35,515 bases of DNA, taken from Myxococcota bacterium (lineage in GTDB: Bacteria > Myxococcota > JACRCW01). A program made the position numbers and the translations under genes. The stretch spans positions 1-35,515 of the forward strand of contig JBFMGU010000103.1 of assembly GCA_040752415.1 (NCBI GenBank), written 5' to 3'. Below are positions 26,405 to 35,305 of the stretch, piece by piece (position 1 is the stretch's first letter; every line of letters starts with the position of its first letter). The notes below the pieces were generated by a model. That model did no database searches. It saw only the letters and a program-made list of their open reading frames with translations, and was not told the DNA's origin.

Positions 26405-26837
26405 TGGCTCCGGCCAATGAGATTGGGTGCGACTCTCTTGGAACGACGCACTTGGCTCCGTGCCAATGAGAATGGGTGCGGCTCTTTTGAAAGAGTGTGG
26501 CTCTCATCCTGACGCCTCTTCCCGCGCTCCCTGCCAATGAGATTGGCAGGCAACAAAGATGCTCAAGTCCTGCTCTCCTCTCGGCGGCGGTGTCGCGTCG
26601 CAGGACTAACCGTGAATGGGACGCGCGGGCAAAACGGACGAACGAGGACAAGGCCCTTCACGGGCAGTCCTGCGAAACGCGTCCATCGGCCAAGTGGTGA
26701 GCAGGACTTGACCCTTCCTGCTGCCTGCCAATTTCATTGGCAGGGACTTCAGAGCGTCATCCCGAGGGAGCCGCACCGCGCTACTGGAGGGCTCTCGTCG
26801 GGCGAGGCGTCAGGATGGGAGCCACACCCTTTTGAAA
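26405..26837. repeat. Nested-palindrome element containing module A copy 2 (26493-26634), preceded by two ~48-bp tandem units
   Basis: Outer inverted arms 26485-26518/26804-26837; inner arms 26528-26575/26699-26746. TGGCTCCG.GCCAATGAGA.TGGGTGCG.CTCT units start at 26405 and 26453. Confidence 0.85.
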
Positions 26838-26870
26838 CGACGCTTGGCCGCCGGCGTAAGCACACCCGCA

Positions 26871-27458
26871 GGCCGGCAATGGTCAGGCCGGGGGGCGCCG
26901 TCTTGACGACATCAAACGGCACGCGATGCGACCGGACCGACCGGTTCATGACGACGGAGAATGGCCTGCAATGTAGGGGCTGCCCGTTGCCGGTACGGTG
27001 TGAACGGTGAAGGTGGCCGGCAATGGTCAGCCCCGGGCCCAGCGATTCATGATGACGGAAACTGGCCTGCATGCAGGGGCTTCCGAGCTACATCATCGAC
27101 GACACTTGGGGCCCTCGTTTGGGTCGCTCGATCCGACTGACGAACCGCTGCCACCGCAACGTCATCACCGGTCGACGCAGCTCGGAAGCCCTATGTTGCG
27201 GGCCGGTTTCCGGCGTCATGAACCGCTGGGCCCGGGGCTGACCATTGCCGGCCACCTTCACCGTTCACGCGTTACCGGCAACGGGCAGCCCCTACATTGC
27301 AGGCCATTCTCCGGCGTCATGAACCGCTGGACCGACGTTGCACGCCAGTTTCCGTCGTCATGAACCGCTGGGCCCGGGGCGGACCATTGCCGGCCACCTG
27401 CACGGTTCACACCGTACCGGCTACGGGCAGCCCCCTACATTTCAGGCCATTCTCCGTC
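26871..27458. repeat. Long inverted repeat (~148-bp arms, ~89-bp spacer) with a third ~119-bp copy
   Basis: 26942-27089 is inverted at 27179-27326. A further minus-orientation copy lies at 27340-27458 and a partial unit at 26871-26896. Confidence 0.9.
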
Positions 27459-27468
27459 CCACGCGTGA

Positions 27469-28713
27469 TCAGCCCTTGCGTGACCCGCCCTTCTTCCCAT
27501 CCAACGGCACCACCTTGCCGCTGCGCGTGGTCACTCCGCGCCCGGACAGCGCCGCCTCCACGTCGCCACCCAGGTTCAACGTGGTCTGCTCTTCGCCAAA
27601 GCCGTCCGTCTCTTCTTCGAACCTGATGGTGCCCTGGGCCTCCTCGGAGAGCACCGCGGTGGTGTCGTCCTGCACGTTGACGTCGGTATCCGTGCCCGCC
27701 TCCTGTGCGAACCGGGCAGCCTCGGCGGCGCGGACCACGGCGGCGGCGCTCTCGGTGGCCACACGGGCGCGCTCTTCCAGCGTGGCCCCCAGGCTCTCCT
27801 GCACGTACGCGGCCACAATCGGCTGCACCGGCGCGCGCGTCAGGCCCAGGATGAAACCGCGCAGCGCATGGGCCACCGCCGCGCAATCCGGGAAGCGCGC
27901 GGCCGGGTCGCGCTGCAGCATCCGGGTGATGATCTCGACGAGCGCCGCCGGCGTCTCCGGCGCCACCTCCGCCAGCGAGGGGACCGCGCCCGTGGCCACG
28001 CGGTGCAGCGTCTCATCCTGGCTGTCCGCCATGAAGAGCCGCCGGTTGGCGCACATCTCCCAGCCCACCACACCCAGCGCAAACTGGTCCGCGCGCCCAT
28101 CCACGCCCGTGCCCAGGATCATCTCCGGCGAGAGGTACGCCAGCCGCCCGCGAATGGCCTCCCCTTGCGTCTGCTCCACGCGGTTGTCGGCGCGCGCCAC
28201 GCCGAAGTCCAGGACCTTCACCAGCCCGTCGCTGCGCACCATGAGGTTCTGCGGGCTGACGTCGCGGTGCACCACCCGCAGCGGCTTGCCCCAGCGGTCC
28301 ACCGCGGTGTGGGCGTGCTGCAGTCCTTCCGCGGCCTGCATGAGCACGTGGGCCACCAGGAGCACGGGCAGGCGCTGCTGCTCGCGCACCGCGGCCACCA
28401 TGATCTCCCCCACGTCGACGCCGTGGACGTGCTCCATGGCAATCCACGTGGCGTTCTTCCAGGCCCCCGCTTCCAGCAGCGCCACCACGTTGGGGTGGTT
28501 GAGCTGCGCGGCCACACGCGCCTCGTCGAGAAAACGCGCCACGCGGGTGAGCTGCCTGGCCGCGTCGAGGCGCGGGGACTTGAGGATGACGTAGCGCTCC
28601 GCGCCAGGCAGGGATTCCTGCTGGGCCAGGTAGACCTCCGCCATGCCTCCGCCCGCCATGCGGTGCAGCACGCGGTACCGACCGAACACCAGCTCGCCAA
28701 CCCAGGTGCCCAT
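27469..28713 (-). CDS. Hanks-type Ser/Thr protein kinase, cytoplasmic, with acidic Thr-rich tail
   Basis: GGGMAEVY, VILK, FLDEAR, HPNVV, HRDVSPQN, DFG, YLSPE; no TM helix. Confidence 0.93.
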   Translation of the reverse strand: MGTWVGELVFGRYRVLHRMAGGGMAEVYLAQQESLPGAERYVILKSPRLDAARQLTRVARFLDEARVAAQLNHPNVVALLEAGAWKNATWIAMEHVHGVDVGEIMVAAVREQQRLPVLLVAHVLMQAAEGLQHAHTAVDRWGKPLRVVHRDVSPQNLMVRSDGLVKVLDFGVARADNRVEQTQGEAIRGRLAYLSPEMILGTGVDGRADQFALGVVGWEMCANRRLFMADSQDETLHRVATGAVPSLAEVAPETPAALVEIITRMLQRDPAARFPDCAAVAHALRGFILGLTRAPVQPIVAAYVQESLGATLEERARVATESAAAVVRAAEAARFAQEAGTDTDVNVQDDTTAVLSEEAQGTIRFEEETDGFGEEQTTLNLGGDVEAALSGRGVTTRSGKVVPLDGKKGGSRKG

Positions 28714-28959
28714 GCGGCTTGCCCTCGTCACCAACCCGGCCCGCATCCTCTCAGGACCGCCCGCCGGTGACCAGCGCCGCGAGAGGCGACGAGCACCCAA
28801 GGGGCTGCACCAGAACAACTGCCCATTTCCGTCGTGACCCCGGTACCGGTCACGGGGTTGGCGCCCGGATGCCGCCACCGCGGGAACCCCGGACGTCACC
28901 GCGAGCGCAAGCGCCCGGTGTCCGACGGGAGCCCCGTGTACTAGAAGGCCCGTCCCAGG

Positions 28960-30939
28960 ATGGAGCGTTTTGGTCGCTACGTGCTCCTGGAGCGCATTGC
29001 CGCCGGCGGCATGGCCGAGGTGTTCCGCGCCGCCTCGCTGGGCACCGCGGGGTTCAGCAAGCCGCTGGCCATCAAGCGCATCCTCCCCCACCTCGTCTCC
29101 GACGAAGCCATGACCACCATGCTCATCGACGAGGCCAAGATCGCCGCGTCGTTGAGCCACCCCAACATCCTGCAGGTGCTGGACCTGGGTGAGGTGAACA
29201 GCCAGTTCTTCATCGCCATGGAGTTCGTGGCGGGGAAGAGTCTCAACCTCGTCATTGCCACCGCGCTGAAGCAGGGCCTGCGCCTGCCGCTGCCGTTCTG
29301 TGCCTACGTCATGGCGCAAGCGGTCCACGGCCTGGCCTATGCGCACCAGAAGGTGGGCACCAACGGCGAGCCCATGAACATCATCCACCGCGACGTCAGC
29401 CCGCAGAACATCATGGTGGGCTACGACGGTGCGGTGAAGCTGGCGGACTTTGGCATTGCCAAGGCCGCCGACCGGCACACGCACACCCGGACCGGCACCG
29501 TGAAGGGCAAGCTCGCCTACATGGCGCCGGAGCAGGCGGAGGACCTCGCCATCGACCAGCGCGTGGACATCTTTGCCATGGGCGTGGTGGCGCACGAGCT
29601 GTTTGCCATGCGGCGCCTGCGCAAGGCCAAGACCGACGTGGCGCTGGTCAAGGAGGTGGTGGACGCACACTTCCCGCGCTTCGAGGAGCTGGGCCTGGAG
29701 GTGCCGGACGCGGTGGCGCAGGTGATCTACCGCGCGCTGGAGAAGGACCGGAACCGTCGCTGGCCCGACGCGCACAACTTCGCCATGGCGCTGGAGGGGG
29801 CCATTGCCGCGTCGGGATGGCACTTCGGCACCGCGCAGGTGGGCGCGCTGATGCGCGAGCTTTTTGCCGAGGAGGTGGCGCGCGAGCGTGAGGCGCAACA
29901 GCACTTTGACGGCGTCATGATGGAGCTGCACGCCAGCGGCGGCGCGGGACTGAGCGAGTCCACGCGCGTGGACTGGGAGGAGCTGGAGAAGACCCGTCGC
30001 CACGGTCAGGTCGGCATGACGCCGCTGCCCGCGCCGCCCGCCGGTGGCCTGCGTCCCATGCCCGTGTCCAACCAGGTCCCCGCCACCGACGTGGTGATGC
30101 CCCAGAGCACCTCACGGCGCACGCTGGTGGCCGCCGCGGTGCTGGGCCTTGCCGCGCTGTCCGCGGTGGCCCTGGGAATCACCACGCGACGTCCCCCGTC
30201 GGAGAATCCGCTGCCGCGGCTCGGGAACGTGGTGGTGGAGACGGAGCCGGAAGGCGCCACGGTGCTGGTCTCGGGCAAGGAGCAGGCCGCACGCGCGCCG
30301 GTGGTGTTGCGGGATCTGCTCCCCGGTCCCGTCGAGGTCGAGGCGCGCATGGAGGGAAGGCTGCCCTCGCGCCAGATCGTGGTGGTGGGCGCGGGAGAGA
30401 CGCAGAAGCTCCGGATCGTGCTCGCCGCGGCGGAGGTGCAGGTGCCCATCTCGTCGGAGCCGGCCGGTGCCACGGTGCGGCTGGGGGACGCCGTGGTGGG
30501 GCGCACCCCGACGACGGTGAATCTGCGCAGCGGCACCACCGCGACATTGAAGGTGGAGCTGGCCGGTTACGCCACGGTGGCGCAGGAGCTGGTGGCGGAA
30601 CGCGCGCCGGCCCGGCTGCATTTCTCCCTGGTGGGCCAGGCGCCCGCCCCCGCCCCCACGGGCTCCCGTCGCACCGAGCGCCACCGGCCCGAGCGCACCG
30701 CCGCCGCGGCCGCGCCCTCGTCGGATGAGCCGGGCAAGCTCTCCATCCAGAGCTCCCCCTGGGCGCGCATCTACATCGACGGGAAGGACCTGGGCCGTTT
30801 CACGCCGCTGGCGGAATACGCCATTGCCGCCGGCACCCACGAGGTGAAACTGGTGAACCCCGACGAGAAGGTCAGCGCCACCTTCAAGGTGGAGGTTCCC
30901 GCCGGTCGCACCGTGAGCGTGTCCCGGACGTTGCGCTGA
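28960..30939 (+). CDS. Membrane Ser/Thr protein kinase with extracytoplasmic PEGA domains
   Basis: GGMAEVF, LAIKRI, HRDVSPQN, DFG, YMAPE; TM LVAAAVLGLAALSAVALGI; three PEGA-like units (TEPEGATV, SEPAGATV..GRTP, SSPWARIYIDG..GTHEV). Confidence 0.95.
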   Translation: MERFGRYVLLERIAAGGMAEVFRAASLGTAGFSKPLAIKRILPHLVSDEAMTTMLIDEAKIAASLSHPNILQVLDLGEVNSQFFIAMEFVAGKSLNLVIATALKQGLRLPLPFCAYVMAQAVHGLAYAHQKVGTNGEPMNIIHRDVSPQNIMVGYDGAVKLADFGIAKAADRHTHTRTGTVKGKLAYMAPEQAEDLAIDQRVDIFAMGVVAHELFAMRRLRKAKTDVALVKEVVDAHFPRFEELGLEVPDAVAQVIYRALEKDRNRRWPDAHNFAMALEGAIAASGWHFGTAQVGALMRELFAEEVAREREAQQHFDGVMMELHASGGAGLSESTRVDWEELEKTRRHGQVGMTPLPAPPAGGLRPMPVSNQVPATDVVMPQSTSRRTLVAAAVLGLAALSAVALGITTRRPPSENPLPRLGNVVVETEPEGATVLVSGKEQAARAPVVLRDLLPGPVEVEARMEGRLPSRQIVVVGAGETQKLRIVLAAAEVQVPISSEPAGATVRLGDAVVGRTPTTVNLRSGTTATLKVELAGYATVAQELVAERAPARLHFSLVGQAPAPAPTGSRRTERHRPERTAAAAAPSSDEPGKLSIQSSPWARIYIDGKDLGRFTPLAEYAIAAGTHEVKLVNPDEKVSATFKVEVPAGRTVSVSRTLR

Positions 30940-31230
30940 TCACGCGGACCGTGGCGTTCTCGTCGGTGCGGCGGCGCCCAACAGTTCCGCGAGGCGGCGA
31001 GTGACATCCCCCGCCGGCAGCGACGCCCCAAAGCGTTGGGAGGGCGTGACGGCGGGGCTCGCGGAATGTTCGTCGGGGCCCGTCGTCGTCGGCGCGGGAT
31101 GGGGACGCCTCGCCGGGCATGTCAAGTGCGGCATGAACATGGGCCAAGCGCCGCGTGACACCGCCCGCGCCCACAACGAAGGAGTTGCGCTCACCTTTGA
31201 TGGCCCGCGCGCCGCGACTATCCTCCGGCC

Positions 31231-33918
31231 ATGCACACGGGCCCATACGGGGAGCGTTGGACCCGCGCCTGGCTGCCTGCCTCCATGACGGCGCTGCTCG
31301 TCGTGACGGCGGTGTCTGGAAGCGGGTGCAACCAGGAATGCGGCGCCGACCAGATCCGCCGCGACGACACCTGCCTCCTGACCTGCAACAGCAACAGCGA
31401 CTGCCCACAAACCCAGCACTGCGAGAGCGGGGTGTGTGAGGATGGACCCGCCACGGTGGGTGGCGCCTCCTCGAGCGGCGCGGCCAGCAGCGCGTCATCC
31501 CACGCCAGCAGCGTGTCGGGCACGTCGTCGTCGACCTCGTCGTCGTCGGGGGCGGTGTCCAGCGCCGCTTCCACCACCGCCAGCGCCACCACGTCGTCAT
31601 CCGTGCTCACCTCCAGCGTGAGCGCGACGAACAGCGCCTCCGCCACGTCCGCCAGCTCCAGCAGCGCCGGTTCCACCTCGTCGGGTGGGACGTCCTCTTC
31701 GTCCAGCAGCAGCGCGGGCGCCTCGACGGCGGCGGTCACCTCCTCATCCTCCTCCAGCGCCACGACGTCGAGCTCGTCTTCGTCCTCCTCCAGCGTTTCT
31801 GCTTCTTCCTCTTCCTCTGCGTCCACGTCCTCTTCGTCTTCCGCTTCGTCCTCTTCCTCCTCCAGCAGCAGCTCCTCCGGCGGCCTCACCCTGACCGTGA
31901 AGCCCGCCTACGAGCTCAACGGCAGCAACTGGAACGACTACGTGGTCAACGACGGACCGGATGCCTTCACCGCCTCCGACACCGCCTGCCCGCGCGACGT
32001 GGTCACCTCCACCTCGGATTGCCTGCACGGCGGAGAGCTCCGGAAGGTGGTCATCCCCGGCGCCACGTCGTGCCAGGGGTTGGCGCTGCAGGACGCGCTG
32101 GGCCTCTTCAACTGGGAATGCCGCCTGCTGCTCACCGGCGACGTCGCGTTCTTCTCGTCGGGATTCCGCGACGGCATGGGCCTGCGGGACGTGGTGACGC
32201 CCACCGGCTGGACCCCCGATTCGGTGACCCTCTCCGGCAGCATGTCCGGCTCCAGCGCCACCGCGACGTGGTGGAGCAACACTGTGCAACCACTCCCTCC
32301 CAACACCAGCCCCGGCTCCCTCGTCCTCGCCGCGCCGGGAGTGGTCTACGTCGCGCCGGATACCCGCCCCACCAACGGCTACACCATCGTCGCCGACGGA
32401 ATCTCCGTGGTCACCCTCAACAACCGGGTGCTGGTGTGGGGCGGAGGCCCGTTGAACTGCCAGCTGGCCACCGGCCTCCCCGACATGCCCGACCACAGCT
32501 GCACCATCTCCGTGGCCAACGCCTCCTTTGTGTGGCTGGAGGTCTCGCTGGAAGGGCTGGGCAGTGGAGCCCGTTCCCGGGAAGGCATCATGCTCACCAA
32601 CGTGCGGCACTCCCGCGTGCACTCCACCTTCAGTGAGCGCCATGAATGGGACGAGCTGTTGGTGCGCGCCAACTCGTCGGGAAACCGCGTCACCCGGTCG
32701 CTGTTCCAGCTGGGCGGTGACGGCGTGTGGAGCCATGAGGGCGCCGGGTTCAACCGCTTCGAGAACGTCCTGAGCGCCCACCACGACTACCGGGGCTTCT
32801 ACCTGGGCGGCGCCTTGGGCGGCGACGAGCTGTTCCGCGTGGGCGCGGTCCACAACGGAGAAGAAGGCATGATCGTGGTGGCCAACAACACCCGGCTCAA
32901 CTTCATCAAGGCCACCAACAACGGCACCATGGGCATCTCCATGCTGTCCAGCGGCAACGTGCTGCTCCACGCCCTGCTGGCCCACAACGACGACCACGCC
33001 ATCAGCGTCACCGGCAACGACAACACCATCTCCCACCTCACCGCCGTGGCGAACCTGAGCTCGGTGCGCTTCCTCTCCGGCACGGGTCACGTGCTGCACC
33101 AGGCGCTCATCGTCGACACCGGTTCCAACCTGCGCGTGGCGGCGGGAACACGGGACAACACCTTCGCGCAGATCGTCACCGGCAAGGGTGATTCCCTGGT
33201 CACGCTGGAGGCGGTGGGCAACACCCGCTTCACCGGTGTGCTCATGGGTGAGGGGGCATGCGTCGTCGACCCCGCCACCAACAACGAGCCGCTGGTGAAT
33301 GGGACCTGCACGTTGAGCGGCGGCGACGGCTCCTCGGACTACCACCCCGCCTCGCTCTCCAACGCGGTGCTGCGCCCGGGTCGCTACGCCTCCACCTCCT
33401 TCCAGGGCGCGGTGTTCACCGATGACCTGGTCAACGGCTCCGACGTCAACGGCGGGGTGAGCACCTTCCCCGCGCCCCCGGAGAGCCTGGACTGGACCAG
33501 CTTCGAGCACGACTTCCGCACCTGGGGACCGGATGGTGACATGACGCCGTGGCTGAGCGGGCCGGGGCGCATCTGGGACTGGTCCCTGCGTCCCGCGGAC
33601 ACCGTGGTGTTCGGTCGCAGCGACGACGGCGCCTCCCTCAACGAGCCCTTCATCGTGGACGAGAACTGCCCCGGTGCCGTCCACGGCGACCGCGTGGCCA
33701 CCGACCTGCACAACCCGCCCCACACCTTCCTCCTCAACGCCGCGGAGCTGATGCGCGACGGAAACGGCAACGACAACGGCCTGTGCGAGAGCAATGAGCG
33801 CTGCGTCTATTCGCCGCACTTCGGCGCGTTCCAGGGCGTGGGCGCACTGGCGTCGTGCGTGTTCCAGGATGGCGTCGTGGGTGGCGTGGAGATGTACGGC
33901 ATCGTTTCCGTCCGGTGA
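31231..33918 (+). CDS. Large exported/lipoprotein with Cys-rich N-domain, poly-Ser linker and right-handed beta-helix (pectin-lyase-like fold)
   Basis: Hydrophobic leader ending GSGC; ~135-aa Ser/Thr/Ala tract; repeated N..G+.+..S.GN rungs; C-terminal DGNGNDNGLCESNERC. Confidence 0.85.
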   Translation: MHTGPYGERWTRAWLPASMTALLVVTAVSGSGCNQECGADQIRRDDTCLLTCNSNSDCPQTQHCESGVCEDGPATVGGASSSGAASSASSHASSVSGTSSSTSSSSGAVSSAASTTASATTSSSVLTSSVSATNSASATSASSSSAGSTSSGGTSSSSSSSAGASTAAVTSSSSSSATTSSSSSSSSSVSASSSSSASTSSSSSASSSSSSSSSSSGGLTLTVKPAYELNGSNWNDYVVNDGPDAFTASDTACPRDVVTSTSDCLHGGELRKVVIPGATSCQGLALQDALGLFNWECRLLLTGDVAFFSSGFRDGMGLRDVVTPTGWTPDSVTLSGSMSGSSATATWWSNTVQPLPPNTSPGSLVLAAPGVVYVAPDTRPTNGYTIVADGISVVTLNNRVLVWGGGPLNCQLATGLPDMPDHSCTISVANASFVWLEVSLEGLGSGARSREGIMLTNVRHSRVHSTFSERHEWDELLVRANSSGNRVTRSLFQLGGDGVWSHEGAGFNRFENVLSAHHDYRGFYLGGALGGDELFRVGAVHNGEEGMIVVANNTRLNFIKATNNGTMGISMLSSGNVLLHALLAHNDDHAISVTGNDNTISHLTAVANLSSVRFLSGTGHVLHQALIVDTGSNLRVAAGTRDNTFAQIVTGKGDSLVTLEAVGNTRFTGVLMGEGACVVDPATNNEPLVNGTCTLSGGDGSSDYHPASLSNAVLRPGRYASTSFQGAVFTDDLVNGSDVNGGVSTFPAPPESLDWTSFEHDFRTWGPDGDMTPWLSGPGRIWDWSLRPADTVVFGRSDDGASLNEPFIVDENCPGAVHGDRVATDLHNPPHTFLLNAAELMRDGNGNDNGLCESNERCVYSPHFGAFQGVGALASCVFQDGVVGGVEMYGIVSVR

Positions 33919-33961
33919 GCACCACGTTGACGCGGCGGGCTGCCTCGCCCAAGGTGGTTCC

Positions 33962-34279
33962 ATGCTCGACCGACTGAAGAACTGGTCGCTCATTGCCCTG
34001 CTGGGGGCGGTGGCCGGCGTGGTGGTGACGACGTTGATCGCGCCCGGGATCCTCGGCTGGTACCACACGCCGGGCGCCGGCGGCGCGCTGTGCAACTGCC
34101 AGGAGCTGGCGGAGTCCACGGCCTCCCAGCTCATCAAGCTGCAGCTCGGCGGAGCGGGAACGGGAGCGCTGACGTTCCTGGTGCTGGGCGCGCTCATCCA
34201 CCGTGCCCGTCGCAACAAGACCCCGGCGCTGCCGCCCGCCGCCACGCCGCCGGCCCCGCCCGCGGGAACTCCTTCGTGA
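33962..34279 (+). CDS. Small two-TM membrane protein with CxC loop
   Basis: MLDRLKNWSLIALLG...; two hydrophobic helices flanking WYHTPG...LCNC; Pro-rich tail. Confidence 0.7.
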   Translation: MLDRLKNWSLIALLGAVAGVVVTTLIAPGILGWYHTPGAGGALCNCQELAESTASQLIKLQLGGAGTGALTFLVLGALIHRARRNKTPALPPAATPPAPPAGTPS

Positions 34280-35176
34280 TCACGCCGCGGCGCTGAGGTC
34301 CTTCTCGATCCCGCACAGCTTGAGGCTCTCCATCCACAACCGCGCGGCCACCGCCTCGTCGTGGGATTCCGGGCTGGAGCGGGCGGGCTGGCAATCCTCC
34401 AGGTACTGCCCACCCACGCCCTCGACGGAAGGATCCACCGCCGCGAACACCGTGTTGGCCACGGCCTGCTCCTTGGTGCGGGAGAACGGCATCAGCGGCA
34501 TGACGTGCTTCATCATCAGGCGCGTGAATCCCGTGGCCATCTCCGCCACCGTCTCCGGCACCACCCTGGGGCTCACCGCGTTGGAGGTGATGCCGCGCCC
34601 CTTCATCCGACGGTGCAGCTCGAAGGCGAAGAGCAGATTCGCCAGCTTCGAGTTCGCATAGGCCTTGCCCGGCGAGAAGTCGCGCTCCTGGTTGAGGTCG
34701 TTGAAGTCGATGTGACCGGGCGGGCTCCCCATGCCGCCCAGGTGCAATCCCGACGACAACGTCACCACCCGGCTGGGCGCGCTGGCCACCAGGTCCTCCA
34801 GCAGCAGGTGCGTCAGCAGGAAGTGGCCCAGGTGGTTGGTGCCAAAGTGCAGCTCGAACCCGTCGACGGTGGTCTTGCGCGGCGCCTTGCCAAAGGTGAA
34901 CACGCCCGCGTTGTTGATGAGCGCGCGCAGCGGCTGCTTGCGGTCCTTGAACGCGGCGGCAAACGCGCGCACCGACGCCAGCGAAGCCAGGTCCAGCGCC
35001 ATGACATCGACGCGACCCTGGGTGTGACGGGCACGGATCTTCCGCGCGGCTTCCTCTCCCTGCGGGACGGAGCGCGCGGTGATGATGACGTGATGACCCC
35101 GCTCCACGAGCTGGCGCGCCGTCTCCTCGCCCAAGCCCCGGTTGCCGCCAGTGACGATGATGACCTTGTTGTCCAT
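34280..35176 (-). CDS. Short-chain dehydrogenase/reductase (retinol dehydrogenase-like)
   Basis: TGGNRGLG, LDLASLASV, LINNAG, FGTNHLGHFLLT, catalytic YANSK. Confidence 0.95.
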   Translation of the reverse strand: MDNKVIIVTGGNRGLGEETARQLVERGHHVIITARSVPQGEEAARKIRARHTQGRVDVMALDLASLASVRAFAAAFKDRKQPLRALINNAGVFTFGKAPRKTTVDGFELHFGTNHLGHFLLTHLLLEDLVASAPSRVVTLSSGLHLGGMGSPPGHIDFNDLNQERDFSPGKAYANSKLANLLFAFELHRRMKGRGITSNAVSPRVVPETVAEMATGFTRLMMKHVMPLMPFSRTKEQAVANTVFAAVDPSVEGVGGQYLEDCQPARSSPESHDEAVAARLWMESLKLCGIEKDLSAAA

Positions 35177-35305
35177 GGCGCGCACCGTAGTCACGGTGGC
35201 GGAGCTGCGTCACGCGGTGCGGCTTGAGTGCCCAGGATGCCACGCCACAGCGTCGCCCTTCGGGAGGAGCGGTCACCCGGTGCCGTGTGCCGGGTGGAGC
35301 AGTAA

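Noticed and set aside
25345..26556. Upstream part of the 500-aa ORF 25054-26556
   Set aside because: Shadow of the methyltransferase and repeat region; only the last 96 codons look coding.
26405..27458. CRISPR array
   Set aside because: Repeats are long, inverted or nested and irregular. There is no constant 25-40 bp direct repeat with unique equal-length spacers, and no cas genes.
28714..30003. N-terminal 430 aa of the 844-aa ORF 27469-30003
   Set aside because: Largely antisense to the plus-strand kinase; the real kinase domain starts at about 28713.
30940..31140. Possible 66-aa minus-strand ORF abutting the kinase stop
   Set aside because: No recognisable motif, RBS or codon bias; cannot be supported.
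31218..31889. Glu/Asp-rich minus-strand ORF
   Set aside because: Antisense reading of the poly-Ser linker.
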